Shown: one piece after another, positions 1 through 13,910 of the stretch | Numbering within the stretch: position 1 is the stretch's first letter | Layout of the letters: the number at the start of each line of letters is the position of its first letter | NCBI GenBank assembly: GCA_905178155.1 | Contig: CAJINV010000012.1 | Coordinates: forward strand, 1-64,000 | Length of the DNA: 64,000 nucleotides | Source of the DNA: Amoebophrya sp. A120 | Lineage: Eukaryota; Protista; Dinoflagellata | Direction: 5' to 3' | Made by a program: the position numbers and the translations under genes | The notes under the pieces: model-generated | What the model saw: the letters and a program-made list of their open reading frames with translations, nothing else | Told to the model about the DNA's origin: nothing | The model's database searches: none

Positions 1-1354
1 CGCAAAGCAAGAACGACGGCGGCATCTGTAATTGCCCGTGAGGCTCCTCCTCCTGCTTCTGGCGGCATCCACTTGTTCCACACTCTCGTGAAGATAGAGA
101 TAGTAACCAATCTCGTGGTGTTGACTGATGCCATGCATTGCTGTTCTCGGAGTCGTAATTCGTAAGAACTCTCGATGATCTACCTCTACGTCGTACGTCC
201 TCGTAGGTTCAGTTTGCGTCTTCGTTTGGGCCACCTCGTCATAGTGGTAATCGATCTTTCTCGTCAAACTCGCTAGTCTACCGCGATGGTCGTTTTTCGC
301 TGGTAAAGTCGGACGACGCGGATTTCATCCAGCATTATGGAGTGTTGATTATCTTTTTTTCGCAGTCACTACTTTAGAAAAGGTCGGATTTTTTTCATCA
401 AGCTCGCGAATAAACGATGCTTTTTGTAGTGGATTACCGCGCCGTCGCGAAGACGTTCGGGGCTTGGCGCACAGCGGCACGGCCGGCGCGCAAATCGTTT
501 ACGGGGTTGAGCAAACAGCAGCTCTCGAAAGAGTTCCTCCTGGCGCAATTCGAAGCTGTGAGTCCTTCTATCGCGAAGGCTTTCGGGGCTTGGTGCACAG
601 TGGCGCGGCCGGCGGCGCGGAAACCGCTAGCGTTCGAGGGATGCAGCAAACATGAAGAGTGGCTGCTGGAGCAGTTCAGCCGCAACGAGGAAGATTCGCC
701 GCTGGATTATTGGGATCTCTCGGAAGAGGTTGCGTGATGAGGATAAATGATGATGATGATGATCTTCATCTTGAATTTCGTTTTGTGTCTGAGTCTGATT
801 GATACTATAATTTACTCCTCTTGTTTCAGATATACAAAAATTGAATTGCGCTCTCTTGTACGAACTATGCACGACCACACTTGGCGTCGTCTACCAGCAA
901 ACTCGACCCTACATTGGAGAAAATTGCCTGTCTTCTCAGCAAAGCGAAAGAAGTGAAAAACTGCGTGGAAATTATTCCCAAATAAAAATAAATCGTAAAA
1001 AACTGAACTACAAGCACACCTTCGATCTTGTCTCTCAAAGAAAAAAAGAGATCTACGGCACGGCGCGTGCTCCACACACAGCTGCAAAAAGGACACTCGA
1101 CTCACGTCGATCTGGATTGTCTGCTTCTGCTTCTGGATCCATCTTCCTCGAGAGGATTCGCACTACTGTAGTCGCCCTCGTAATCGTAGTTGCGTTTGCA
1201 GATGACAAGAACATTATACAAGCTCCAGTTGAGCCCTGGTCTCGTCGATTAAATGAACCAACTCTCTATTTTAAGTTCAAATTGGTAAGCCCTGCCTGCT
1301 TCTGTTGATGGATCGCGAACGTAAATAGAGAGACTGGAAACTACGAATTATACC

Positions 1355-1608
1355 GGAGCGGGGTAACAAATGTGCCGTTAACCCGCGCCCGCGAGTTAAG
1401 CCTCCGGCCGGCCGGCCGGATGGTTAACTCGCGGCTTGAACCGGTCTCAACTTCTCAACCGACGGCGTCGATGTGCGCAGGGTTTTGGATAGGTTTTGGG
1501 TCGGTTGAGAAGTTGAGACCGGTTCAAACCGCGAGTTAACCGCCCAGCCGGCCGGCCGGAGGCTTAACTCGCGGGCGCGAGTTAACGGCACATTTGTTAC
1601 CCCGCTCC
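1355..1608. repeat. Long near-perfect inverted repeat (foldback/MITE-like), ~108-bp arms, ~36-bp loop
   Basis: GGAGCGGGGTAACAAATGTGCCGTTAAC...CTCAACCGAC (1355-1463) pairs with GTCGGTTGAG...GTTAACGGCACATTTGTTACCCCGCTCC (1500-1608). Confidence 0.9.
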
Positions 1609-2299
1609 CGCAATTGTGTTACAACTAAAGATAAACGTGAGCTCTGGTTTGCCAAAGATTTAGCAGCAGTCATCGTTTTTCTTTTGAACGTTTTTGCTCT
1701 TCGAAGTGGCTTTTGAACGTTTTTGCTCTTAAGATAAGTGGTGGCGACGTGTCCAACGTAAAAAAATTGAATTCGAAATCTACACGAAAAAGAAAACGTT
1801 GGGGGGAATGAATATAAATCAATCGTCGAAGAAAGATTCATAGATCTGGCAACTGCGCAAATTTTCAATCGTAATCGAAGGGTTGGGCTCGAATGATCGA
1901 TACTAGATGGGTATTTGAAGCTCTCTGCCTGACGACATTAAACGTATCCGGGCACTTTCTCTGGGTGTTTTAGAGTACTTATTGGCATCATGTAAAAGGA
2001 CCATCACCATGTTGATGTTGACGCCCGGTTCTTACATGGCATCTCACAAACGTTGTTGCTCCCGTGAGAACGGTTCGGAGCGACGTCGATGGACAAAAGA
2101 CATGTTTCTCACTCGAAAAACTGTAGCAGCTGGAAGTAGTTAAAGTTGGATCTTCCTGTTAGTTTTGGCCTACGTTGCAGGTGGTTTCGTTTATCATCTT
2201 TCTTGTAAAACTACTTTCTGTTTCTTCATCTATCACGCTCGCCCGATCTGCCCTGCCCTGGATTGCATTGTCCTCCTCGCGAGCGTAACATATAACACG

Positions 2300-2557
2300 A
2301 TGCCAAGGACTGGGCGGCCACCGGCGCAAGATCACGAAACTGCTTCGACGGAGGTGCTCAGGGGTCGGGCTCGCTCTGCGAAGAAGTATGGAAACACGAA
2401 GGAGGTCGATAGGATCGAGAAGATACTTGCGGACAGGGAACTAAAACTCCAAGCGACTGGGACCACCTGGGCAGCCGGGCTCTCCCTGTTCTGTCTCATC
2501 CTGTGCATCTGCGGTTTCGCTTTCGGTCTGGGAAGTCTCGGGCTCGGTATTGAATGA
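2300..2557 (+). CDS. Possible small orphan protein with C-terminal hydrophobic segment
   Basis: ATG-started MPRTGRPP... ending in WAAGLSLFCLILCICGFAFGLG; no recognisable family. Confidence 0.3.
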   Translation: MPRTGRPPAQDHETASTEVLRGRARSAKKYGNTKEVDRIEKILADRELKLQATGTTWAAGLSLFCLILCICGFAFGLGSLGLGIE

Positions 2558-4637
2558 CATAAAATCTTTGTCTCTGTTCTGGATGAACCTTGCAGTGTCT
2601 CTTCGGTGCAGTTGCAGAGCGTTTCGGTTGAGTTTTGTAAGAAGCAGTCTGGTGGCGCTGTGTAATTGAAGCTGCTGAAGTTCATCTCTAACTCTACTTA
2701 CGGAAAATTATGCATGAATTCGTTGCAGCATCAACAGCAAGCGTTCATGGATAATTTGTAGCTACTTGTTAAGCAGACACGGGCATCGGGATCGGCATGT
2801 GCTCGACTAAGTATTGTTTTTCTGTCTGGTACTACTGCTAGGGCCAATGCTTCTTCCAAAACTACTTGCTTCATCCATGTTGCACTTCTTGAATACACTT
2901 CTGCAACGCAAAAGCATTGCGGGACGTCCAGGCCCGGGACAAGTGTTGTTTTTCGATTGATACACGACGTGCCGACAGTGCAGACGTACATCAAGGACTC
3001 CCTCTTCTCCTTGGCTCCGATTCCGCCCACGAACGGTACAACCGGAGCAGCAGATGACCCGTTCGTCAACGCAACCACTGGCAGTCGTGATTCCGGCGGC
3101 GGGGAAACCACGCATCGTGCAGGCGAAGACCGTGTCCAAGAGCCGACGTTGGAGGTGAACTTCCTCTACCCTGGGAAGGGTCTGACGCGGTCGCCGTCGC
3201 GGAGGAGGAGGTCCAAGAAAACCGGCAAACTGTCCGGCGAGAAGCGGGTCGAGAAAACGGAACAAGAATTGTAGGAAAAAACGAAAAACTACCTTCATTC
3301 ACAACACACACGCTCGACGAGAACAAACAGTTGATGAAGCAGAAAAAACTACGGAGTGAACAATAAACACAGGAACAAGTACCAAGAGCTTCCTTCTAGC
3401 CTCTCTTCTACACTGCTGCATTCTAGTACAGCAGACGATCGCACATCAGATGCGGATCAGAACCATGGCAACGGGTGCTTAGTGGATGCGGAGAGTGTTG
3501 TGAGGTTCATTTTCCCTCCCCTGGGTAAGTAGACGCAAGCCCTAACCGAAACTGTTAGATTTAGATAGTACTAAGCTACTTTTGATCGTTATTCTACGTC
3601 AGATTCGACGAACATTTTGATGTTCTTTGTTGTCCTTCAAATATTAAACTTTGGAGCATTACACCGCAAAAGCAAATAGTACGAAGCCCGTGTCACCTCA
3701 ACATCACAAGCAATCGCTTCAGTTTCTTATATTTCAACAGCAAGTCGCAACATCATTCAAACGCTTTTGTTTATCTGCATAGCATTGTTTCTCGTTGCAA
3801 ATGAAGCAAGAGAAGTTCGTGTCTTCAAAAATCATTCGGCTCGCATGAGCTAAAGTCCCAGCTTGTTTACAACTTATCAATCTCTGTTATTTCGTTATCG
3901 TTAACGTTTTCGTTTACATTTGAATATATAATTTCACTCACCGCCACCATGTAGTACCATACAGCAAAGTTGGACGCAACAGCAGACGCCGCCTTCGAAG
4001 CAAAAATAGTATTAGCAGTAAGCGAGCACGCATCTATGCAACCGAATCGACGCCCTGTACAGTTCTAGTTGTTGCCACCTTCATACGAAAGCACAAACTT
4101 CCTCTACAACAAGCTGAGCCGGTATGTGCGCGCTCCGTACCGATGCGTCTGTTCTATCTGCGCTCAACTTCAACTTGCTTGACGAGCTCGTGCTCTGTGC
4201 GTTGATGTGTTTGTGATGTCCGCAATATTTTAAATGGAGAGATGGAGTTGGAGAATGGCAAGGAGGCGCAGATGGAGATGGAGAAAGCCACCTCGTATGA
4301 AGCATCAAGTCATCATGATCTAAGACTGAGTCGCTGTATAAAATGCGCATACAGCCTGCATTTTTAAAGAGTGAAAGCGATGAGGAGGAGTTGTTGGTGA
4401 CTGCGTCTCCGAGGGGACAGTAGTGCAGCACCAGGTGGAGAGGCACTGGTGCTGCGTTTCTCTCATTTTTTTTTGGTTTTTTTTAGGGCGACCTCGTCCC
4501 ACCGCATTAAGTATTAACTATAGTTGCATACAAAGGGCGCACCGCTGCAGGGCCGCGACTCGTCAGTCGAGGTCGTCGAAAAATTGCTGCCTTCTTGCGC
4601 AAGTGCACGATGGAAGTCGAGGTACAGACAGATCGTA

Positions 4638-7600
4638 GATTTCTTTTCCAGGGCGGCAGGGACTTTCTACGCCCTCGACCTGGCTTCCGCAGGGCGCGGC
4701 GTAGAAAGTCCCTACCGCCCGGGGAAAGAAATTTCTGCTTTGTGTTGCGCAAAAACAACTTTGGGCGTGGATTTCTTTTCCAGGGCGGCAGGGACTTTCT
4801 ACGCCCTCGACTTGGCTTCCGCAGGGCGCGGCGTAGAAAGTCCCTGCCGGCCGGGGAAAGAAATCTCCGATTTGTGTTGCGCAAAAACAACTTTGGGGCC
4901 GGACTTCTTTTCCATTCTTTTCCACGGTGGCAGGGACTTTCTACGCCCTCGACTTGGCTCCCGCAGGGCGCGGCGTAGAAAGTCCCTACCGCCCGGGGAA
5001 AGAAATCTCCGATCTGTGTTGCGCAAAAACAACTTTGGGGGCGAATTTCTTTTCCAGGGCGGCAGGGACTTTCTACGCCCTCGACTTGGCTCCCGCAGGG
5101 CGCGGCGTAGAAAGTCCCTACCGCCCGGGGAAAGAAATCTCCGATCTGTGTTGCGCAAAAACAACTTTGGGGGCGAATTTCTTTTCCAGGGCGGCAGGGA
5201 CTTTCTACGCCCTCGACTTGGCTCCCGCAGGGCGCGGCGTAGAAAGTCCCTACCGCCCGGGGAAAGAAATCTCCGATCTGTGTTGCGCAAAAACAACTTT
5301 GGGGGCGAATTTCTTTTCCAGGGCGGCAGGGACTTTCTACGCCCTCGACTTGGCTCCCGCAGGGCGCGGCGTAGAAAGTCCCTACCGCCCGGGGAAAGAA
5401 ATCTCCGATCTGTGTTGCGCAAAAACAACTTTGGGGGCGAATTTCTTTTCCAGGGCGGCAGGGACTTTCTACGCCCTCGACTTGGCTCCCGCAGGGCGCG
5501 GCGTAGAAAGTCCCTACCGCCCGGGGAAAGAAATCTCCGATCTGTGTTGCGCAAAAACAACTTTGGGGGCGAATTTCTTTTCCAGGGCGGCAGGGACTTT
5601 CTACGCCCTCGACTTGGCTCCCGCAGGGCGCGGCGTAGAAAGTCCCTACCGCCCGGGGAAAGAAATCTCCGATCTGTGTTGCGCAAAAACAACTTTGGGG
5701 GCGAATTTCTTTTCCAGGGCGGCAGGGACTTTCTACGCCCTCGACTTGGCTCCCGCAGGGCGCGGCGTAGAAAGTCCCTACCGCCCGGGGAAAGAAATCT
5801 CCGATCTGTGTTGCGCAAAAACAACTTTGGGGGCGAATTTCTTTTCCAGGGCGGCAGGGACTTTCTACGCCCTCGACTTGGCTCCCGCAGGGCGCGGCGT
5901 AGAAAGTCCCTACCGCCCGGGGAAAGAAATCTCCGATCTGTGTTGCGCAAAAACAACTTTGGGGGCGAATTTCTTTTCCAGGGCGGCAGGGACTTTCTAC
6001 GCCCTCGACTTGGCTCCCGCAGGGCGCGGCGTAGAAAGTCCCTACCGCCCGGGGAAAGAAATCTCCGATCTGTGTTGCGCAAAAACAACTTTGGGGGCGA
6101 ATTTCTTTTCCAGGGCGGCAGGGACTTTCTACGCCCTCGACTTGGCTCCCGCAGGGCGCGGCGTAGAAAGTCCCTACCGCCCGGGGAAAGAAATCTCCGA
6201 TCTGTGTTGCGCAAAAACAACTTTGGGGGCGAATTTCTTTTCCAGGGCGGCAGGGACTTTCTACGCCCTCGACTTGGCTCCCGCAGGGCGCGGCGTAGAA
6301 AGTCCCTACCGCCCGGGGAAAGAAATCTCCGATCTGTGTTGCGCAAAAACAACTTTGGGGGCGAATTTCTTTTCCAGGGCGGCAGGGACTTTCTACGCCC
6401 TCGACTTGGCTCCCGCAGGGCGCGGCGTAGAAAGTCCCTACCGCCCGGGGAAAGAAATCTCCGATCTGTGTTGCGCAAAAACAACTTTGGGGGCGAATTT
6501 CTTTTCCAGGGCGGCAGGGACTTTCTACGCCCTCGACTTGGCTCCCGCAGGGCGCGGCGTAGAAAGTCCCTACCGCCCGGGGAAAGAAATCTCCGATCTG
6601 TGTTGCGCAAAAACAACTTTGGGGGCGAATTTCTTTTCCAGGGCGGCAGGGACTTTCTACGCCCTCGACTTGGCTCCCGCAGGGCGCGGCGTAGAAAGTC
6701 CCTACCGCCCGGGGAAAGAAATCTCCGATCTGTGTTGCGCAAAAACAACTTTGGGGGCGAATTTCTTTTCCAGGGCGGCAGGGACTTTCTACGCCCTCGA
6801 CTTGGCTCCCGCAGGGCGCGGCGTAGAAAGTCCCTACCGCCCGGGGAAAGAAATCTCCGATCTGTGTTGCGCAAAAACAACTTTGGGGGCGAATTTCTTT
6901 TCCAGGGCGGCAGGGACTTTCTACGCCCTCGACTTGGCTCCCGCAGGGCGCGGCGTAGAAAGTCCCTACCGCCCGGGGAAAGAAATCTCCGATCTGTGTT
7001 GCGCAAAAACAACTTTGGGGGCGAATTTCTTTTCCAGGGCGGCAGGGACTTTCTACGCCCTCGACTTGGCTCCCGCAGGGCGCGGCGTAGAAAGTCCCTA
7101 CCGCCCGGGGAAAGAAATCTCCGATCTGTGTTGCGCAAAAACAACTTTGGGGGCGAATTTCTTTTCCAGGGCGGCAGGGACTTTCTACGCCCTCGACTTG
7201 GCTCCCGCAGGGCGCGGCGTAGAAAGTCCCTACCGCCCGGGGAAAGAAATCTCCGATCTGTGTTGCGCAAAAACAACTTTGGGGGCGAATTTCTTTTCCA
7301 GGGCGGCAGGGACTTTCTACGCCCTCGACTTGGCTCCCGCAGGGCGCGGCGTAGAAAGTCCCTACCGCCCGGGGAAAGAAATCTCCGATCTGTGTTGCGC
7401 AAAAACAACTTTGGGGGCGAATTTCTTTTCCAGGGCGGCAGGGACTTTCTACGCCCTCGACTTGGCTCCCGCAGGGCGCGGCGTAGAAAGTCCCTACCGC
7501 CCGGGGAAAGAAATCTCCGATCTGTGTTGCGCAAAAACAACTTTGGGGGCGAATTTCTTTTCCAGGGCGGCAGGGACTTTCTACGCCCTCGACTTGGCTC

Positions 7601-8663
7601 CCGCAGGGCGCGGCGTAGAAAGTCCCTACCGCCCGGGGAAAGAAATCTCCGATCTGTGTTGCGCAAAAACAACTTTGGGGGCGAATTTCTTTTCCAGGGC
7701 GGCAGGGACTTTCTACGCCCTCGACTTGGCTCCCGCAGGGCGCGGCGTAGAAAGTCCCTACCGCCCGGGGAAAGAAATCTCCGATCTGTGTTGCGCAAAA
7801 ACAACTTTGGGGGCGAATTTCTTTTCCAGGGCGGCAGGGACTTTCTACGCCCTCGACTTGGCTCCCGCAGGGCGCGGCGTAGAAAGTCCCTACCGCCCGG
7901 GGAAAGAAATCTCCGATCTGTGTTGCGCAAAAACAACTTTGGGGGCGAATTTCTTTTCCAGGGCGGCAGGGACTTTCTACGCCCTCGACTTGGGCCCCGC
8001 AGGGCGTGGCGTAGAAAGTCCCTGCCGTCCGGGGAAAGAAATCTCCGATCTGTGTTGCGCAAAAACAACTTGGGGGACGAATTTCTTTTCCAGGGCGGCA
8101 GAAACTTTCTACGCCCTCGACTTGGCTCCCGCAGGGCGCGGCGTAGAAAGTCCCTGCCGCCCGGGGAAAGAAGTCTCCGATCTGTGTTGCACAAAAACAA
8201 ATTTGGGGCCGGACTTCTTTTCCAGGGCGGCAGGGACTTTCTACGCCCTCGACTTGGCTTCCGCAGGGCGCGGCGTAGAAAGCCCCTGCCGCCCGGGGAA
8301 AGAAATCTCCGGTCTGTGTTGCGCAAAAACAAATTTGGGGCCGCACTTCTTTTCCAGGGCGGCAGGGACTTTCTACGCCCTCGACTTGGCTTCCGCAGGG
8401 CGCGGCGTAGAAAGTCCCTACCGCCCGGGGAAAGAAACCGCCGATCTGTGTTGCGCAAAAACAACTTTGGGGCCGGACTTCTTTTCCAGGGTGGTAGGGA
8501 CTTTCTACGCCCTCGACTTGGCTTCCGCAGGGCGCGGCATAGAAAGCCCCTGCCGCCCGGGGAAAGAAATCTTTCTCCGATCTGTGTTAGGCAAAAACAA
8601 CTTTGGGAACGAATTTCTTTCCCAGGGCGGCAGGGACTTTCTACGCCCTCGACCTGGCTCCCC
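4638..8663. repeat. Tandem satellite, 132-bp unit, ~30 copies, each with an internal hairpin
   Basis: Lines recur exactly every 660 bp (5 x 132); unit contains GGCGGCAGGGACTTTCTACGCC ... GGCGTAGAAAGTCCCTACCGCC inverted repeat; central copies identical, flanking copies diverged. Confidence 0.97.
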
Positions 8664-9432
8664 CTGCAAGAGGACAAGCGCCGCTTCGTGGTTTGTTAAT
8701 TTCATCGGCCCTGGCGCTTCCATAAGACGACACGACATTGATGCAGCAGCACCGTGCCCGCGATTCTATCTTTGCCTTGGTTCATTACTGGTGTTAGCCC
8801 CCTTTTCGGAAAAAAGCTCCAGAGTGAGTTGAGGCGCAACAACGACAACGAACTGCACGCGGCACGAAGGCGCGTACTCAATAGCGAAAAAATGACAATA
8901 AGCGGCTCGCCCCCTCCACACGGAGCCTCTGAGCCATCGTCTTCTAACGACGGCGACGGATCACCCACCGCAGATCCGGTTCAAAACCTTCTCAAGGCAG
9001 TCCAGAAAAACGAGGAAAGGGAGCAAAAATATCCATACCACACGCAGTCGAAGAAGCTGCAGGACGACAATGAGGCGCTGAAGAAGAGTAATGAAGAACT
9101 GGAAAAAAATATCAAATGAAAATTGTAAAAAACTAAAGACATAGTCGTCTCGGGTCAACGCAATAAATGCATGATCTCCGTTTGCCATCAATCTCCTTCC
9201 GGCTTATTTATGTACACCACAGGGTGTGATCGCTACATCGCATCGAAGAAGATGCTCTTTCACTCATGATCTTCTCTCTTCACACTCTTAATTTATCGCG
9301 GTATGCATAAAATTATACTTCCCTCTGGCGGAGATAGATGCGCATCGACTGAAAATCTCGCAGTTATTCCGTCTTGGTAAGGAGTACACTATTTCCTCGT
9401 GAACGATGGCGACACTTGTCTTTCTTTCTTTA

Positions 9433-9767
9433 GGTGCACAACAAAAATCGAAAAAGTGAAGGACCAGAAAATCAAACTGGAAGAGCTTCAGGTGCTGTTG
9501 CAGGCGAATGACAAAAAGATGCAGGAACTCGAGCAGGGCAAGAACTGTTGCAGTTCCTTCTTCTGGGCAGCCTTCGCCCTTTTTCTAATCGTCTTCGAGT
9601 TCTCGACCTGCACGATTGTCCTGAGCTACATGCTGTACAATCAACCACCATCATCAACAACTATCGCAGCACCGTCGACGTGCGAGCTGTGCTCCACTTT
9701 GAAGGAAGATTTTGTGGAGCTCAAAGACCACTTTTACAAGTACGAATCGAAGACATTTCAGCAATAG
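9433..9767 (+). CDS. Possible exon of orphan coiled-coil plus transmembrane protein
   Basis: Pyrimidine tract + TAG acceptor before KIEKVKDQKIKLEELQ..., hydrophobic FFWAAFALFLIVFEFSTCTIVLSYML. Confidence 0.3.
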
Positions 9768-11970
9768 CACCGGATTGTAACAATGATATACGACAAAAAT
9801 TTTTTGTTTTGTCGATGATCATTATCAACTTTTTTATGTACTTCTACCTAGAAAAACAAACGAACAACACCTAAAAATGGGGTCAGAGCTAGGGATTGTA
9901 TGGAAGAATCCGTTTGCAACTTTCTTGTATGTTCATCGCATGAAAGGACATCATTCAGAGCGGGCATATCCGGGTGAGTATTTGCTTGACCTCCATACCC
10001 AACACCGCCACAAATGGGAAGCAGGGGACATGAATACGACTACCCGCGCAGTAGTGGCGGAGCTGGCAATGAGTGCGACTGTCGGGGCGGTAGTGGCAGA
10101 GCCGCTAAAAGGAAAAGGCGAGGAGAGCAGCAGCTCCGACGCGGCCGCCAGTGACAGCGAGACGTGACACAACACCGCAAACGAAATCCACATTGAGAAT
10201 CACATCTGCAGCTTCTTCCTCAAGTCCTCCTCCTCCTCGAAAAGAACAACTTCTAAAGCATCAACATAACAATAACTAAAAGGACCACAGAAAACAAGTC
10301 GGGGCTCCGTGGGATAAAAGAAACGGCTGCTGCTTGCGATACAATAAAAGACAGTGCTTCATACTCTTCTACAGCCCTGCCGTCAGGGAAAGTCGGCGCC
10401 GCGTCTTTCCAGTCTGAGAAACAGCAACGAAACACGACCAACAGAAAGTAATATCTTGACGAGTTTCCGCATGGCATCCGCATGTGGAGTTTTAACATTT
10501 TGCGTATCATTGCTGACACCAACAAGGGAAGATCAGATTCATTCACAGGACGTTTTAGACGAGCAACATCACCAACAAAAGCTCGCGATAAAAAAGACCC
10601 GGGTCATCTGGAACAGTACCAGGTGCAAACGTTGAGGTTTGAAAAGCAATTCGAATCCGCGTTCCTGTCTGTCGCGTTCCTGTGTCGGGTGCTCATGGAT
10701 GATTGATATGGCTGATTGTGGGTGTTTTTTTACAAGACTGACAAAATATAGACCGCTTGATTTACCAGCTGTCCTCTCATCTGCTGAATAGTACATAGAC
10801 AATTTTTCAACAGTAGAACATTCTCTCTTAACTCGAGTCCACAGTAAATCAAGTCATAGCAACTGCAAAGAAGGTCTGTCAACGAAAATTTTGGGAAAAA
10901 GCAACTGGTTTTCATCTATGAAGTAGTGGCGTCAACCTGCACCTGGCAAACATAAAAAAAGATAAAATAAAGACAACCTAAATAAGAAATACCTTGAAAC
11001 TCCGTCTGCAATAGAATATCCCTGCTTTTCCTTGCCACGTGAACGCGCAAACAGTTGCGACCGTGGCAAATCGTTTTGTGTTCATCTCGGACTCGTTCTG
11101 AGTAGATCTAAACTCGTTTCGGACTTCTTCGAAAAATGAACCTCGTCGACCAAGAGAGCTTTTCCTTATGTTCGGACGTGATGTGATCGACGATCCCTGT
11201 CTTCGTATTTTCATTTTTTCGACAACATTTCTCGACAAGATCTAGATGATGAATATTGAGCTTTTTATTTCGTTTCGACACTCGACAATCGTCGAGGCCG
11301 TCGTGGTTGTACTAGATGTAGATTGCAATTTTGTGTATCTTTCCCAACGATCGACTGGTTTGCAGTTGATCGTGTTGCTGAGTGTTTTTTGATGTGATCT
11401 GCGGAACGAGATCCGATGTTTTTTTCAGGCAATCTGCCGTCTTTTGCGACTAATAATTGGAATTTTTCTCTGTCTATGTCTTCCCATTCATGATAGGGCG
11501 AAGAGATCAAGGATATCATGATATGGTCTTTTTTTCTTCTGTGGTGATTTCTGAAGCGACCCACACACGCTCGAAAGAAGTAGGTGGATATTGTTAATTC
11601 ACAAATAAAGACTAGGTCGTGTATCGATCTTTATCGTTTCTGAGTCTGTTTTTGTATCCCACTAACAGAGACAGAACGAACGACATCACAGGCAGAGGTA
11701 GAACAAGGCCTGCTGAAAAGGGAGAAACATCTGCCTGAAGGAGACAACGCGATCTGATTCTGAAGTACACGATAAGCATAAGATTAACAGCAATAATTAC
11801 GAGGCGAACTTGTATTCACGACTATTGCAACGATCACCCACTCCAACTTCTCACCTGTCTGTCATTGCTGATACCTCATCTGCTGCAGGCACGGCAACCA
11901 ACGCCAACCGAAAGCAATCTGCAGTGCCAATCCACCTGCTCATCCTCCTCCTCATCTAGAAGTTGGCACA

Positions 11971-13910
11971 ATGTCTGCGCGCATCCCCCCGGCCGCGGTT
12001 GGCCAACCAGTGAGCAGTGGGTCATCCGCGACCGCAACACAAAATCCTGCCCAGCAGGACCGCCAGGTGTCTTCGACGACCAGCATCAACGACGAGATGC
12101 ACAACGCGACCAATGTTTCCAGCAGCAATAGCCACACTCCTACAACGGTCGTTAGCCAACTCAGCACCGTACAACAGGAATACGACCGGCAAAAAACCCG
12201 GCTCGATAAGTTCGTGGACAAACTTAAGAAAGAAGGGTATTGGGACGACGCGGAAGGCGAATGGTTGAAAAAGGCCCTCGAGTATACGGACAAGGCGGAT
12301 CAAGCGCTGCAGGGACTATTGTCAGATCCGGAGGCCCGGGCCAAGCTTTTGCAAACACGGACGGCAACGATCCGAGACACGTACAAAAAGACCAGTGACA
12401 TATACAAGCGGAAAGTGATGCTGCAGCAGGCCGCACAACACCGGGCAGCACAAAAGCAGTCGCAGATCCCTTCCAACAATAGTGCCAACGCAGCTAGTGG
12501 TACCACTTCTACGTCGTCTAACGCCTCCGTGGCGCCGCTGAATGAAGTCCACAGCCGGATCGACAACCTGGAACAAAAAGTCGATAACCTGGAACAGAAA
12601 GTTGATCGCAACAAGGCGGATCAGGATGTAGTCAACAAAAAGCAGCAGGAATTTAACGAAGTACAGGAAGTGACTAACACCAGAATGTTTGCCGAGGTTG
12701 CGCAGTGCAATCGTGAGATTGCGCAGTTCAAGAAAGACGTATGACATTGCACAACTGGCCCTCCTTACCCCCCCCCATTTCGACGATATCCATACCAGCG
12801 CAGAGCCTCCTGGCAAAGATGCAGCTTTTGCATGAAGAATTTTTTTTAATGTTTAATGCCCGATTTTAATGCTGTTTTGCTTTTGGCTTCCGGAACAGGC
12901 ACCGCAAGCCCTGCCAGGAGGAAATGTGTGTGGGTGGGCTTGGTACTTAAGTGCATGAAAAGGGAGGCGCAAGGGGAGCTGTTGTTGTGAACTCTCATAA
13001 GCTCTCACGGCAGTTGAGAACAGTCTCGGCAAGATGACGCACCAGGTCCAGGACCTGATGCTGTTTATGGAGATCGGGACTGGTGCCCCCGCGCAGGCAC
13101 CCGAGCAAACAGGACAGGAACTACAGGACGCCGAGTACGTGAAGAAACTGGAGGAGCGGCTGCACAAGTTGGAGAACACGTCGACCATGTTCCTGAAGTG
13201 CCAGCTGCTATCCCAGAGAAAAATGGTGCCACGGTGTAATGTGTGTAGAAATTATGCTAGTTGTGATGCAAAAATCAGCAGGCGAACAAAACGTGATTCG
13301 TCGGGCATACCAGTGTGGGTGTTAGGACATCCCGTCCGCTAATTTCGGTCGTGTTTAATTTTGCAGTACAAATGTATCCTAAACTAAAAAGCTAGTGTGA
13401 TGTTGCCAAGGAACAATTTTTGCTCTGGCATAGCAGGCGAAGGAAACGTTGAGAAACGTCCACTGTGCACTCACCCACTTCATCGCAGACGAGAGGGAAA
13501 AACCCGTGCTGCACGAGGAGGAACAGATGCACGTCGACGTGGCCGAAGCCGTTAAGAAGGAGCTAGACGAAGAAGTGTATCCCTGGTTGTATCGGTCAGA
13601 AGCGGACGAGTTCACGGTCGAGGCGCTCCAAGATTGTACCAAGCTCTACCTCCGCGAAATCAAGAACCTGTATCGGCATAATGTGCCAACGGGGTGGCAC
13701 GAGCGAGTCGCAATTCAAATCTACTTGTCCATGACGCTGCTAGCGAAGGTCCAGGCGGAGGTGAAGGCCCACGACACCGACACCAAAGCCGATGCCGATC
13801 GTAAGATGCCCCTGCGCAGGTTCGAGGAGCAACTCCGTAGGTCGAAACGGGCCATCGAGATCTCGAATTCCGTTGGACAGAAGAGGACGGGGAAGCAAAA
13901 GGTACTATAA
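11971..13910 (+). CDS. Orphan coiled-coil protein(s); ORFs 11971-12744, 13034-13342 and 13449-13910 may be exons of one gene
   Basis: Protein-like composition (IDNLEQKVDNLEQKVD heptads) separated by AT-richer stretches; splice junctions not resolved. Confidence 0.4.

Noticed and set aside
417-737. ORF with internal duplication (AKTFGAWRTAARPAR / AKAFGAWCTVARPAAR)
   Set aside because: The duplication is real but short; no family recognised and coding status is unsupported.
4638-8663. CRISPR-like array of palindromic repeats
   Set aside because: No variable spacers, no cas genes, eukaryotic context.
4507-8832. Four ORFs over 1200 aa
   Set aside because: Product of a stop-free 132-bp tandem unit open on both strands; no evidence of a real protein.
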